The position numbers and the translations under genes were made by a program. A model generated the notes under the pieces. The model ran no database searches. It had not been told where the DNA came from and worked only from the letters and a program-made list of their open reading frames with translations. This document shows, piece by piece, positions 31,661 through 41,515 of a stretch of DNA of 64,000 nucleotides. Every line of letters begins with the position of its first letter. Position 1 is the first letter of the stretch. The DNA comes from Rhodothermales bacterium (GTDB taxonomy: Bacteria; Bacteroidota; Rhodothermia; Rhodothermales; Bin80), in the NCBI GenBank assembly GCA_022821385.1, contig JAJEDR010000096.1, forward strand, positions 27,609-91,608, given 5' to 3'.

Positions 31661-33634
31661 CTACACGAAATAGTCAAAGTCAGCTTCTGTCCGTACACGA
31701 CGAAGAATCTGAAAAATTCGTACGGGCATGACATGTGGATCTATACGGATATGGTGGTGATTTCCCTGCCAGATATACCGTTCACCGCCAAGTAAGTCAA
31801 GCATCTGGAACGGCGCCGCAGTAGGTAATCCTAAATCTTCCAGGGGCAGACGAACTACACCCTCCTGTACCTGAAATGGATCCAGGCTTACAACGCATAC
31901 AATTGCGTTTGGCCCTGCATTCTTGTAGTAGGCAAGCATAAGCGGGTTCTGGATGTCCAGGAACCGCAAATTGCGCAATTGCTGCAGGGCGGCGTTGTCT
32001 TTTCTGATTCGGTTAACACGCCGGAAAATAGTCTGCAGAGAATCAAGATCATTCCAGTTCCATGTGCGGATTTCATATTTCTCATTATCGGCGTACTCTT
32101 CCCGGTCCGGGTGCTGGTTGGCAACCATATGTTCATAGGGAGGACCGTAAATACCATACACAGGGGACAGGGTAGCGGCGAGGACATAACGAATGATGTG
32201 TGCGGGGCGTCCGCCGCTGGCCAGATACTCGTGCAGAATGTCGGGTGTGTTCGGCCAGAAGTTCGGCCGAAAATACTCAACAACATTGGTCGTGGTCAAC
32301 TCCTGAAGGTAGGTGGTCAACTCTTCTTTCGTGTTACGCCACGTGAAGTAGGTGTACGAATTATTGAATCCCAGTTTGGCAAGCGTGTACATCGTTTTCG
32401 GACGAGTGAATGCCTCTGCCAGGAAAATCAGGTCTGGGTATTTGTGCCGGAGGCGGGTCAGGCACCATATCCAGAATGCCAGTGGCTTGGTATGCGGGTT
32501 GTCTACCCGAAATATCCGTACACCACGCTTGATCCAGAATTCAAAAATATCCTTCAGTGCTTCCCAGAGTGCGCGCCACTCCACGCACTCAAAATCCAAC
32601 GGAAATACATCCTGGTACTTTTTCGGGGGATTTTCAGCATAGCGGATACTGCCATCAGCGCGTTTTTTGAACCACTCGGGATGTTCTTTAACCCATGGGT
32701 GATCGGGGGAGCACTGGAACGCGATATCAAGTGCGACTTCCAGATTCAATTTATTGGCCGCCGTGACGAACCGGTCGAATGCAGGCAGGCCCCCTAGATC
32801 TTTGTGTACACTGGTATGTCCGCCGTCGGGGCTACCGATTGCCCAGGGACTTCCTGGTTCGCCCGGTTGGGCCACGGGGTTGTTATCCTTGCCTTTGCGA
32901 AAGGTAGTCCCGATCGGGTGGATTGGCGGCAGATAGACAATATCAAAGCCCATATCCCGTATACCCTTGAGGCGAGCGGCCGCGTCATCCAGTGTTCCGT
33001 GTATACCGGGCACGCTGGCGCTTGAACGGGGAAAAAATTCGTACCATGCCGCAAAGCCAGCGAGCTCGCGGTCGACATCTACAGTGATAACGGTGCTTTT
33101 GACCGCGCCTCTTTGAGGATCGTTTTCCAGAGCTAACCGCAGAGGTTCCTGTGCGAGGGGCGCGCGAATATTGCCTGCAGAATATTCCTCAGCGAAAGCC
33201 AAAAGTTGCTCACGAGCTTCGCGATGTGCATTCACGGCATACTCCTTAAGCAGGGCTGCGCCGGCCAGGAGTTCTACTTTGAGTTCAGCTTCTGGTACCC
33301 CCCCGTCAACCCGACGTGTGTACTGCTCCTGCCATGAGCCGTAGCGATCAACCCAGGCGCGCACATGGTAGGTATACAGGCCGGGGGCTTCGGTAATAAA
33401 AGTACCGGTATATTCGTCGTTGTGCTCCAGTGCCATGGGTATCTCTTCAGTGGAACCACCCAGGCGTGTGACATGGAGTCTGGTGCACAGTCGGTCGTGT
33501 CCGTCAACAATTATGCCGGCGGTTACATTGACAGACTCTCCCACGATTCGTTTGATAGGCCAATCACCATCCTGGACGCAGGGAGATACAGAAGTGATAA
33601 AAACGCGAGACCAACGTTCAGAAACGGACTTCAT
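31661..33634 (-). CDS. glgE: Alpha-1,4-glucan:maltose-1-phosphate maltosyltransferase
   Basis: 657 aa. N-terminal GlgE-specific domain (VSPCVQDGDWPIKRIVGESVNVTAGIIVDGHD), then the GH13 core: DIVYLPPIHP, FRVDNPHTKP, FLAEAFTRP. Confidence 0.85.
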   Translation of the reverse strand: MKSVSERWSRVFITSVSPCVQDGDWPIKRIVGESVNVTAGIIVDGHDRLCTRLHVTRLGGSTEEIPMALEHNDEYTGTFITEAPGLYTYHVRAWVDRYGSWQEQYTRRVDGGVPEAELKVELLAGAALLKEYAVNAHREAREQLLAFAEEYSAGNIRAPLAQEPLRLALENDPQRGAVKSTVITVDVDRELAGFAAWYEFFPRSSASVPGIHGTLDDAAARLKGIRDMGFDIVYLPPIHPIGTTFRKGKDNNPVAQPGEPGSPWAIGSPDGGHTSVHKDLGGLPAFDRFVTAANKLNLEVALDIAFQCSPDHPWVKEHPEWFKKRADGSIRYAENPPKKYQDVFPLDFECVEWRALWEALKDIFEFWIKRGVRIFRVDNPHTKPLAFWIWCLTRLRHKYPDLIFLAEAFTRPKTMYTLAKLGFNNSYTYFTWRNTKEELTTYLQELTTTNVVEYFRPNFWPNTPDILHEYLASGGRPAHIIRYVLAATLSPVYGIYGPPYEHMVANQHPDREEYADNEKYEIRTWNWNDLDSLQTIFRRVNRIRKDNAALQQLRNLRFLDIQNPLMLAYYKNAGPNAIVCVVSLDPFQVQEGVVRLPLEDLGLPTAAPFQMLDLLGGERYIWQGNHHHIRIDPHVMPVRIFQILRRVRTEADFDYFV

Positions 33635-33732
33635 ATTGCGGGCAATTGCTTATTCTTGGTGCCCATGTAGTATGGCATATCTTGTGTGCATTCAACTCAC
33701 CGAACATCGTATCTGTCCGTTGAGACAGGCAA

Positions 33733-35778
33733 ATGATAAACGAAATTACATCATTAGGGGCACAACTGGATCGTAATGGCGCCAACTTTGCCATTTTCAG
33801 TGCACATGCCGATCGAGTGGAGCTCGTTCTGCTTGATGAAGAGCACAGAATAGAGCGCACAATAGATGTGAGCACGCGGACTGGGGATGTATGGCATGTT
33901 TATGTAGCCGGTGTATGTTCGGGGCAGCGATACGCTTATCGCGTTCATGGCCCTTGGGCTCCCGACGATGGACACCGGTTTAACGCTGCAAAACTGTTAT
34001 TGGACCCATACGCACGCGAGATAAGCCGGATGCCGCAATGGCATGAGAGTCTGTTCGGCCACGATCGCAACCTAGACGACCGGGTGCTTAATCCGACCGA
34101 CAGTGCACCGTATGCCCCGATTGGCGTAGTGCTTGATTCCAATCCAACCGCGGGCACGAGGGTATTTCCTCGCACTCCCTGGAGGGATATGGTCATATAC
34201 GAGACGCATGTGAAGGGGCTGAGCGCGTTGCATCCTGATGTTCCTCCTGCGCTTCGCGGCACTTACCTGGGAGCGGCATCGGATCCGGTTCTTTCGCACC
34301 TTAAGTCACTCGGGGTTACGACTGTTGAGCTCCTGCCAGTCCACACCGCCGTGCAGGACAAGCGCCTTGTTCAGGGGGGGCTATCGCAATACTGGGGGTA
34401 TAATTCATTGTCTTTTTTTGCGCCGGACTCACGCTTTGCAGCGGGCGGTGCAGCTGATGCGGCGGTAGAGTTCCGGACAATGGTCGCTGCCATGCATGAT
34501 GCCGGATTCGAAGTCATACTGGATGTTGTATACAATCACACGGGCGAGGGCAGTCATGTCGGGCCAACATTGTCTTGGCGCGGAATAGATAATGCTTCCT
34601 ATTACATAGCGAAGCCAGGACAGTCACGGTTTCTTTACGACAGTACCGGGTGTGGTAATACACTTCGCGCAGAGCATCCGTTTGTGCGCCGTCTTATCAT
34701 GGATAGTCTGCGGTACTGGGTGGAGGTCATGAACGTGGACGGTTTCAGGTTCGATTTGACCAGTACTTTGCTTCGGGAAAGATGCGAGGTAAACATGCAG
34801 AGCGGATGGCTGCAAATGGTACAGCAGGATCCAATTCTCTCGAGGGTAAAGTTGATTGCGGAACCGTGGGATATCGGACGTCGGGGCTATAGGTTAGGTG
34901 CATACCCGGCACCGTGGAGAGAGTGGAATGGTAAGTATCGTGATACTGTGCGTCGTTACTGGCTTGGCGAGTCGGGGATGGCGGGCGAGTTTGCTACAAG
35001 ACTGGCGGGTTCCAGTGATCTGTTTAAAGCAGGGCATCGTCGGCCATCTTCCTCCATAAACTATGTGACATCACATGATGGGTTTACGCTTTTAGACCTG
35101 GTATCGTACCGCCAAAAGCATAATCTGGCCAACCTGGAAGACAACAAAGATGGTACGGATGCAAATTACAGTCAGGATTGTGGTGAAGAGGGGCCTTCAT
35201 CGGATCCGCGCGTAGTAGCACGACGTGATCGCCTTAGACGCAGCCTGCTGACGACTTTGTTTGTATCTCAGGGGGTTCCCATGATCCTCGGAGGGGACGA
35301 ACTAGGACGAACGCAACTCGGTAACAATAACGCCTATTGCCAGGACAATGAGGTTTCGTGGTATGGCTGGGATATAGATCCGTCCGGTCAGGCGATGCTT
35401 GATTTTGTTCGGCAGCTCAGTGCCTTCCGTAAGGCGCATCCATCATTGCGGCGTAACCGATTTTTAACCGGGGAAGTAGGGACACACGGTTTACCAGATG
35501 CGATTTGGTGGCATCCAGAGGGACGTGTAATGCAGTCCGAGGATTGGGCAAAGGCACACGCATTTGGTATGTGGCTGGCTGCCCCCGACATGTTGTTGAT
35601 CTGCTTCAATCCTACCGGTGAACCGGTTCGGTTTAAGCTCTCTGATGAGTACGTGTGGAGTTGGGGCCTGGGCTGGGGTGAGCATAGTGTACTTTTAGAT
35701 TCGGAATCAGAGGGCAACTTTGCGAGTGTAGACTTCCAGTCCGTATTAGTTCTGCACGCTCAGCCGTTTGCTTCCTGA
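33733..35778 (+). CDS. glgX: Glycogen debranching enzyme (isoamylase-type GH13)
   Basis: 681 aa. Motifs: LGAQLDRNGANFAIFS, ILDVVYNHT, GFRFDL, IAEPWD, YVTSHDGFTL. Confidence 0.9.
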   Translation: MINEITSLGAQLDRNGANFAIFSAHADRVELVLLDEEHRIERTIDVSTRTGDVWHVYVAGVCSGQRYAYRVHGPWAPDDGHRFNAAKLLLDPYAREISRMPQWHESLFGHDRNLDDRVLNPTDSAPYAPIGVVLDSNPTAGTRVFPRTPWRDMVIYETHVKGLSALHPDVPPALRGTYLGAASDPVLSHLKSLGVTTVELLPVHTAVQDKRLVQGGLSQYWGYNSLSFFAPDSRFAAGGAADAAVEFRTMVAAMHDAGFEVILDVVYNHTGEGSHVGPTLSWRGIDNASYYIAKPGQSRFLYDSTGCGNTLRAEHPFVRRLIMDSLRYWVEVMNVDGFRFDLTSTLLRERCEVNMQSGWLQMVQQDPILSRVKLIAEPWDIGRRGYRLGAYPAPWREWNGKYRDTVRRYWLGESGMAGEFATRLAGSSDLFKAGHRRPSSSINYVTSHDGFTLLDLVSYRQKHNLANLEDNKDGTDANYSQDCGEEGPSSDPRVVARRDRLRRSLLTTLFVSQGVPMILGGDELGRTQLGNNNAYCQDNEVSWYGWDIDPSGQAMLDFVRQLSAFRKAHPSLRRNRFLTGEVGTHGLPDAIWWHPEGRVMQSEDWAKAHAFGMWLAAPDMLLICFNPTGEPVRFKLSDEYVWSWGLGWGEHSVLLDSESEGNFASVDFQSVLVLHAQPFAS

Positions 35779-37233
35779 GGTGGAGTCGAGCAGCCATTGG
35801 CCGAATTTTTCGCGCAGTTCGGTCTGCTGTCTGGGCGAGAGTCTCCAGCGCCAATTGCCAAAGGAAGTGCCAGGGAAGTTCATACGGGCCTGACCATCCA
35901 GCCCCAGGACATCCTGCACAGGCGTGATTACGAGGTCCGCATCCGAAGCCAGGCAGCGCTCAATTGCCGTCGGGCAAATGTTCTCGTCAGCTTGAATCTG
36001 CAGGTATTCCTGCGCGAATGCCCGTTCACGCCCAGATAGTGCGTCCCACCAGCCGCGAAGCGTGTCATTGTCATGCGTTCCGGTGTAGACACATTGATTC
36101 GGCCGGTAGTTGTGTGGTAGATGCGGGTTATCCATACCCGCATCAAAGCCGAATTGGATCACAGACATTCCAGGAAACGAGTTATTCTCCATCAACTCTA
36201 CAACATCGGGCGTGATCACCCCCAGGTTTTCGGCGATCACGGGCAGGGGTCCGCATTCTGACACCAACTGATCGAAAAGGGCCTGTCCAGGGCCCCTTAC
36301 CCAACGCCCCCGCACCGCGGTCTCCTCTGAGGCTGGAATTTCCCAGTATCCGGCAAAGCCACGAAAATGATCTAGGCGTACACTGTCATACAGGCTCCAT
36401 GCCCTTTTCATGCGGTGGGTCCACCATTTGAAGCCGCGCTCCGCCATGACATCCCAGCGATAAATGGGGTTCCCCCAGCGCTGCCCGGTTTCGCTGAAAA
36501 AATCGGGAGGCACGCCGGCCACTACCGAGGGTTCACCTGCATTATCCAGTTGAAACAGGTCAGGGCTTGCCCATACGTCAGCACTGTCATGTGCGACGTA
36601 AATAGGCAGATCCCCCATAATTTTGATATTGTGCTCTCTGCAGTAGTCGCACAGGTTGCGCCATTGACCATCGAAAACGAACTGTTCAAACAGATAGAAT
36701 TGAAGCTCCGGCAGATCAGGATTCAGTGCTTTTTCATCAGGAGGGATTCGGTCATGTGCGGGCCAGGCAGTCCACATCTTGTCCTGGTGTTTAAACTTCC
36801 GTGCGCGGAAGGCGGCGTACGGCAACAACCAGTCGGCCTCTCTGTTGACAAATGCTCGAAAGTCATCCATTCGGGGCTGCCTGATAAATCGGGAGAATGC
36901 CTGCTCCAGTAGCTTTGACTTGTATGTTGCAACAGACGGATAATCAACGATACCCAGTGAGTTGGCAGGGTAGGTGTCAATTTCTGACTCGGATATCCAT
37001 CCGTCCAGAACCAGAAGCTCAGGGCTTATCAGCAAGGGGTTTCCCGCAAATGATGAGGGGCTTGCATAAGGCGAGTCGCCCAGTCCTGCCGGGCAAACTG
37101 GCAGGAGCTGCCACCAGGTCTGTCCGGTTTCGGCCAGGATATCAACAAAGCGTCGGGCCTCGGGTCCAAGATCGCCAATTCCAAAGCGGGACGGTAAGGA
37201 AGTTACGTGTAGCAGAAGTCCGCTGGAGCGCAT
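35746..37233 (-). CDS. malQ: 4-alpha-glucanotransferase (amylomaltase, GH77)
   Basis: MRSSGLLLHVTSLPSRFGIGDLG (start taken at the ATG at 37233; the track ORF extends to 37269). Further motifs: GVPPDFFSETGQRWGNP, RLDHFRGF, YTGTHDNDT. Confidence 0.9.
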   Translation of the reverse strand: MRSSGLLLHVTSLPSRFGIGDLGPEARRFVDILAETGQTWWQLLPVCPAGLGDSPYASPSSFAGNPLLISPELLVLDGWISESEIDTYPANSLGIVDYPSVATYKSKLLEQAFSRFIRQPRMDDFRAFVNREADWLLPYAAFRARKFKHQDKMWTAWPAHDRIPPDEKALNPDLPELQFYLFEQFVFDGQWRNLCDYCREHNIKIMGDLPIYVAHDSADVWASPDLFQLDNAGEPSVVAGVPPDFFSETGQRWGNPIYRWDVMAERGFKWWTHRMKRAWSLYDSVRLDHFRGFAGYWEIPASEETAVRGRWVRGPGQALFDQLVSECGPLPVIAENLGVITPDVVELMENNSFPGMSVIQFGFDAGMDNPHLPHNYRPNQCVYTGTHDNDTLRGWWDALSGRERAFAQEYLQIQADENICPTAIERCLASDADLVITPVQDVLGLDGQARMNFPGTSFGNWRWRLSPRQQTELREKFGQWLLDSTSGSKRLSVQN

Positions 37234-37286
37234 AGCAGTCCGATGGCGTAAACAAGCCGCAAACTTCAATTAAACGAATTCGTGCC

Positions 37287-37769
37287 ATGAAAGCTGATAT
37301 TCTCATAGAAAGAGCCACACTAAACGAATTACCACGCCTGTCTCAACTATTTGATGGTTACCGACAGTTCTACCGGATGACGTCGGACATTTCAGGTGCA
37401 AGGGACTTTCTTGCAGCACGCCTGCGACACAAAGATTCAATTATTCTCGTAGCACGGGTAGGGGGTGAGTCGCTGGCTGGGTTTGTTCAGCTGTATCCTA
37501 TGTTTTCGTCGGTACGTATGGGGGCAATCTGGATTTTGAATGATCTGTACGTCCAACGGGATTGGCGTGGGCAGGGTGTAGGACAGAGACTAATGGAGGA
37601 AGCCAGAATTCGGGCAGCGCAAAGCGGGTGCATTGCCCTTGAGCTGGCAACCGAGAAAACAAATACACGAGCAAAGCGCCTGTATGAGAAACTGGGTTAC
37701 ACACTCGACGAGACCTTCGATCATTATCACTTGCGCTCACTTGATCAGCGGGCGACGACCTCATCATAA
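37287..37769 (+). CDS. GNAT family N-acetyltransferase
   Basis: WRGQGVGQRLMEEA (acetyl-CoA-binding Q/RxxGxG motif), 160 aa. Confidence 0.8.
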   Translation: MKADILIERATLNELPRLSQLFDGYRQFYRMTSDISGARDFLAARLRHKDSIILVARVGGESLAGFVQLYPMFSSVRMGAIWILNDLYVQRDWRGQGVGQRLMEEARIRAAQSGCIALELATEKTNTRAKRLYEKLGYTLDETFDHYHLRSLDQRATTSS

Positions 37770-37792
37770 ACAACCATTCTCCGGGTGGCCGC

Positions 37793-38530
37793 ATGCAAGA
37801 TTTATTGATGGAGCTTTCGCGTGAGGACTACGCGTACATGATCCGAATCATTGAGGGCCCTTTTGATCGCTGTGCAGACCTCAAGAAGCGCCTTGAGGCG
37901 CTGGATTCAGCGAATCAGCGGATAGCACTATGTGAGGGGCTTGAAAGAAAGATCCGTTACTTGGGCAGCAGTGATATTGCCTTTAATTTCCGGAAGGTTA
38001 TCGGCATGGAGCCCGGGGCCAATTTCCGGTACATTATTCGCGACACGGCACGGTTCCTGAAGGTCCCCTTGGCCGATCAGGGCACAGAGCGTGATTTGCT
38101 CGTCCGTATGGCACAGGATTATGCTGTGGATACTTTTTCAAAGTTTACGCAAGCCGAACAGCAGCAGATTCTGGAATCCCTAGGCGTTGGGCGGGCACGC
38201 GCAATAGCCTTCCTGAAGAAGACCGGGGGTGTATTTGCCGCACCTGCATTTTTGCAGGCTTTTGGAACACTCGTGGTCGAGGGCTTAATCAAGACGGTTT
38301 TATTCGGGCTGACTGCCCGCCTGATTGGCCTGAAGCTGGCAACTTCTCTGTTTGCTTTTCTTTTTGCCCGCGTACCTTGGTGGGCTCACGCCATCATACC
38401 TGCGGCATGGACGGTCTCCTTCGGGTTGACTGCACTGGATCTCCAAGGGCCGGCCCGCCGCAAGATCGTACCGCTTCTGCTTTATCTCGGGCTCAGTTGT
38501 ATGCGCCTGGATGCTGAGAAGCAAGATTGA
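37793..38530 (+). CDS. YaaW/UPF0174-like protein
   Basis: Resembles E. coli YaaW as I recall it: a helical N-terminal half, a hydrophobic glycine-rich C-terminal half, and a terminal ALDLQGPARRKIVPLLLYLG block. This is a by-eye call. Confidence 0.5.
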   Translation: MQDLLMELSREDYAYMIRIIEGPFDRCADLKKRLEALDSANQRIALCEGLERKIRYLGSSDIAFNFRKVIGMEPGANFRYIIRDTARFLKVPLADQGTERDLLVRMAQDYAVDTFSKFTQAEQQQILESLGVGRARAIAFLKKTGGVFAAPAFLQAFGTLVVEGLIKTVLFGLTARLIGLKLATSLFAFLFARVPWWAHAIIPAAWTVSFGLTALDLQGPARRKIVPLLLYLGLSCMRLDAEKQD

Positions 38531-38639
38531 GTCCAGCTGAGGGGGCTAACAGGTTCTTTTTCGGGGCTGGTTGTAAATCCCTATATGTCCGTTCCCTCAC
38601 CAGAGAAAACGGCATTTGGCGGCGGATTCAATGCCCTTG

Positions 38640-40088
38640 TCACTCCTGCTCACGGTGGCCTTGGAAAACATCGTACAGTTTAGTGAACAGTATTTCTGCG
38701 TCGTCGCGTCGCATGTCAACGATTTTGGGGTGGCGTAAAACTCCTGCGCCGGCGGTATCTACCCTCAGTGTGCACAGATCCAGGCGCCGCTGGAAGAAGG
38801 TAGCGTTGATTTCAAAGGCCTGCAAGCGTTCAACAGGCACAACCCAGAGCTGCTGGCTGAAGATGCGCCGACGAATGAACAGGTTCCCGTCGTGGAATGA
38901 CCAACTATGACATAAGTACTGGAGCCAAGCAATTCCCCACGAAATAGGCAGCAGTGTCAGACCCCAGACAGCATACGGCCACCACAGATACAAGGCAGCT
39001 ACCGACGCCGAGATGAACAAAGTATAACGCAAACAGCGTCTCCGAATGGTGCGCCGGCTGACGCGTGTGTATGCTTCGGGAACCGTGAAGGGGCGGATCT
39101 TGGATCCCAGCGCCACAATCTCAGCCCACTTTGCAAAGGGTACTGCAGGCTGGAATCCGCGTTCGCCACTCTCCAGACCAAGTGTCTGCATTTCTATTCG
39201 ATACCAATCATGTAATCTCATAAGAGGATTAGAGCGAATCAGGAAAGACTGGACGCGCTTGTAAGGAAGGGCTCCTTCGCGCAGGGTAATGAGACCGTAT
39301 TTACGGTGAATTTTCTCAGGTCCCAACTCAATGTAGAAATTGTAGTACCGAATGAAGTTCTGCACGAAGCCGAGAACCCAGGAGAGGACGATCATCATCA
39401 GAATAACCGCGATGATGAGCATAGTCACCATGTACGGCAGGGAATCTGTAACTTCGAAGAGATACTCTTCAAGAATGCGTTCGGTGGCGCCTTCAATATC
39501 GGTTAGACCGATCAGCTCCAGCTGTTGCAGTACGCCAACGAGGACTGCGAATAGCCCAAGAGAGAACTGATAAACGCTCGAAATCAACAATCGGGGAAGG
39601 GTCAGATGAAAACTGGGAAATGAGGAGGTATTCTCCTCAGGAGTGTGGGTAATATTTGCAGTGTGGAGTAAATTTCGTATGCGGTTCGCCTCACGGACAC
39701 TCACGAATGACAGTACCCCTTCCGCCTGTGCAGTTCCTGCAGTTTCGATCTTTACGGCGGCAGTTCCGAGTATGCGGGCAAGGAAGTTGCGCTCAATGGC
39801 CACGTTCTGAACGCGATCAGCGGGAATATTGCGTCGAACGCGCTTGAAGACACCGTAATGCATCACCAGTTCTTCGCTCGTCACGTAGTATCGAAATCTC
39901 AAATACTTGGCAAGGGATATAGGACCCATAACGACCACGTAAATCACGCTGAAGAGGAGAGAACTTCTCTGAATGCCTGACTCAGGCGATGTTGTCCAGG
40001 CGATCACGAAGCCAACGATCGCCAGAAACACATAATGCACGAACGTTAACAGATGCAGGCGGCGAAACTCTGCTGCGGGCTCCTGCAT
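38640..40088 (-). CDS. YdbT-like membrane protein with three bacterial PH (bPH_2/DUF304) domains
   Basis: 482 aa. A TM hairpin alternates with a PH-like segment, repeated three times (e.g. YYVTSEELVMHYGVFKRVRRNIPADRVQNV). Confidence 0.75.
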   Translation of the reverse strand: MQEPAAEFRRLHLLTFVHYVFLAIVGFVIAWTTSPESGIQRSSLLFSVIYVVVMGPISLAKYLRFRYYVTSEELVMHYGVFKRVRRNIPADRVQNVAIERNFLARILGTAAVKIETAGTAQAEGVLSFVSVREANRIRNLLHTANITHTPEENTSSFPSFHLTLPRLLISSVYQFSLGLFAVLVGVLQQLELIGLTDIEGATERILEEYLFEVTDSLPYMVTMLIIAVILMMIVLSWVLGFVQNFIRYYNFYIELGPEKIHRKYGLITLREGALPYKRVQSFLIRSNPLMRLHDWYRIEMQTLGLESGERGFQPAVPFAKWAEIVALGSKIRPFTVPEAYTRVSRRTIRRRCLRYTLFISASVAALYLWWPYAVWGLTLLPISWGIAWLQYLCHSWSFHDGNLFIRRRIFSQQLWVVPVERLQAFEINATFFQRRLDLCTLRVDTAGAGVLRHPKIVDMRRDDAEILFTKLYDVFQGHREQE

Positions 40089-40555
40089 TAGTCCATATGC
40101 TCGGCGACAAAGTCTCGCACGGTATCTCGCAGGTGCACGGCCTCTTCGTAGGGTAAGCCGGGAATTACGACATCGGTGCTCCGTGTTCCTGCAGTATGTA
40201 CGACCAGACGGGCGACGTCATAGTTCCCTTCAATCAGATCCTGTGCAACATCGAGGTGTTGAACGCGCCGGAGTGGCACGATGGTTTGTACGCGGTTCCA
40301 GATTCCACGTATCGCATATAGATCTTCCTCGCGCAATTCGTAGCGCCAGTATTTGTAACGTAGCTTAGGTACAATGAGCGTCCACACCAAACAGGTGATT
40401 ATCAACAGACCTGTCCACAAGCCAGGCAGGAAAGTGCTATTATCGGAGAAAAAGAGAGCAACATCTGCTGTTGCGCTGAAGGGGAGTAAGATGCACCAAC
40501 GTAATACACTCTTGATAGTCCAGACGCTCTTGACTGCTGGATCAAGCACTTTCAT
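40088..40555 (-). CDS. YdbS-like membrane protein with a single bPH_2 domain
   Basis: 155 aa, two TM helices, then YELREEDLYAIRGIWNRVQTIVPLRRVQHLDV. Its stop abuts the ydbT-like start. Confidence 0.75.
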   Translation of the reverse strand: MKVLDPAVKSVWTIKSVLRWCILLPFSATADVALFFSDNSTFLPGLWTGLLIITCLVWTLIVPKLRYKYWRYELREEDLYAIRGIWNRVQTIVPLRRVQHLDVAQDLIEGNYDVARLVVHTAGTRSTDVVIPGLPYEEAVHLRDTVRDFVAEHMD

Positions 40556-40609
40556 GGTATCCTCGCGATATTATAGAGTACTACGCACCGACAGAATACT
40601 TGTTGTATC

Positions 40610-41431
40610 ATGAAAGAACCGACGGCCAGTGTGTTGGGCTGCGGGTATATCGGCCGCCCACTAGCTACATCGCTGCTGGATCGTGGCTGGCGCGTGCGTG
40701 GATCCACAACCAGCAGGACGAAGCTGGATCAACTGTTGGCTGACGGGATTGAGCCGTACCTGTTAGAATTAACGCCGGATTTACGAGGGCGTGGTCGGCG
40801 TGACTTTTTTGATTCTGATGTAGTGATACTAAATTTTCCACCAGGGCGCAAACGTGCGGATGTGAGAACTTTCATGGAGTCTGTGATGGAGTCGTTACTT
40901 TTCTATCTGAGGGCTGGCACTGTACAGAAGGTGTTATTTGTGAGTTCAACAAGTGTATACAGGTCGGGGTATGTCAGGGAGGAGGACGCAGGAAAGCTCA
41001 CACCGGAGACGGCGTCAGGATGTGCGCTACTGGCTGCAGAAAAGACACTCAGAAGTGCCTGTGAATTTCAGACTACGATACTCAGGTGCGGCGGACTCTA
41101 TGGGTACGAACGCAAACCTGGAAGATTCTGGTCGGGGCGTTCAGTGCGGAATCCACAAAATTCGGTTAATCTGGTGCATCGGGATGACGCCGTGGGAGTT
41201 GCGCTGGCAACCATTACGCAGAACTGCTGGGGGGAAACTTTCAATGTCTGTGCGGACCAGCATCCGTCCAGGGCTGAGTTCTATACCCAGGCGGCTTCGC
41301 GCCTAGGCATAACGCTTCCGAAGATGGCACTGGATGAATCACAGCCTGACAAGGTAGTGCTGAATCATCGGGTGCGCGAGCGTTTGGGATACACATTCAA
41401 GTACCCGGATCCATTGACTCCTGCACCTTGA
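40610..41431 (+). CDS. NAD(P)-binding Rossmann-fold protein (atypical SDR / epimerase-like)
   Basis: VLGCGYIGRPLATSLLDRGWRVRGSTTS (GxGxxG), 273 aa. Confidence 0.7.
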   Translation: MKEPTASVLGCGYIGRPLATSLLDRGWRVRGSTTSRTKLDQLLADGIEPYLLELTPDLRGRGRRDFFDSDVVILNFPPGRKRADVRTFMESVMESLLFYLRAGTVQKVLFVSSTSVYRSGYVREEDAGKLTPETASGCALLAAEKTLRSACEFQTTILRCGGLYGYERKPGRFWSGRSVRNPQNSVNLVHRDDAVGVALATITQNCWGETFNVCADQHPSRAEFYTQAASRLGITLPKMALDESQPDKVVLNHRVRERLGYTFKYPDPLTPAP

Positions 41432-41515
41432 GGGCAATATAAGCGAGTTATAATTCAAGCCATCCTCTCTGTGGTGTGGTAGCGATGGTTGATTTTCGAG
41501 GGTCGGGTGGACTCC

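Noticed and set aside
31979-32797. 272-aa + strand ORF inside glgE
   Set aside because: It is antisense to a strongly supported GH13 GlgE frame, and its arginine/glycine-rich composition is typical of a shadow frame. The same reasoning applies to 28756..29466 (+), 60787..61464 (+), 6482..6946 (+), 36415..36912 (+) and 14115..14576 (-).
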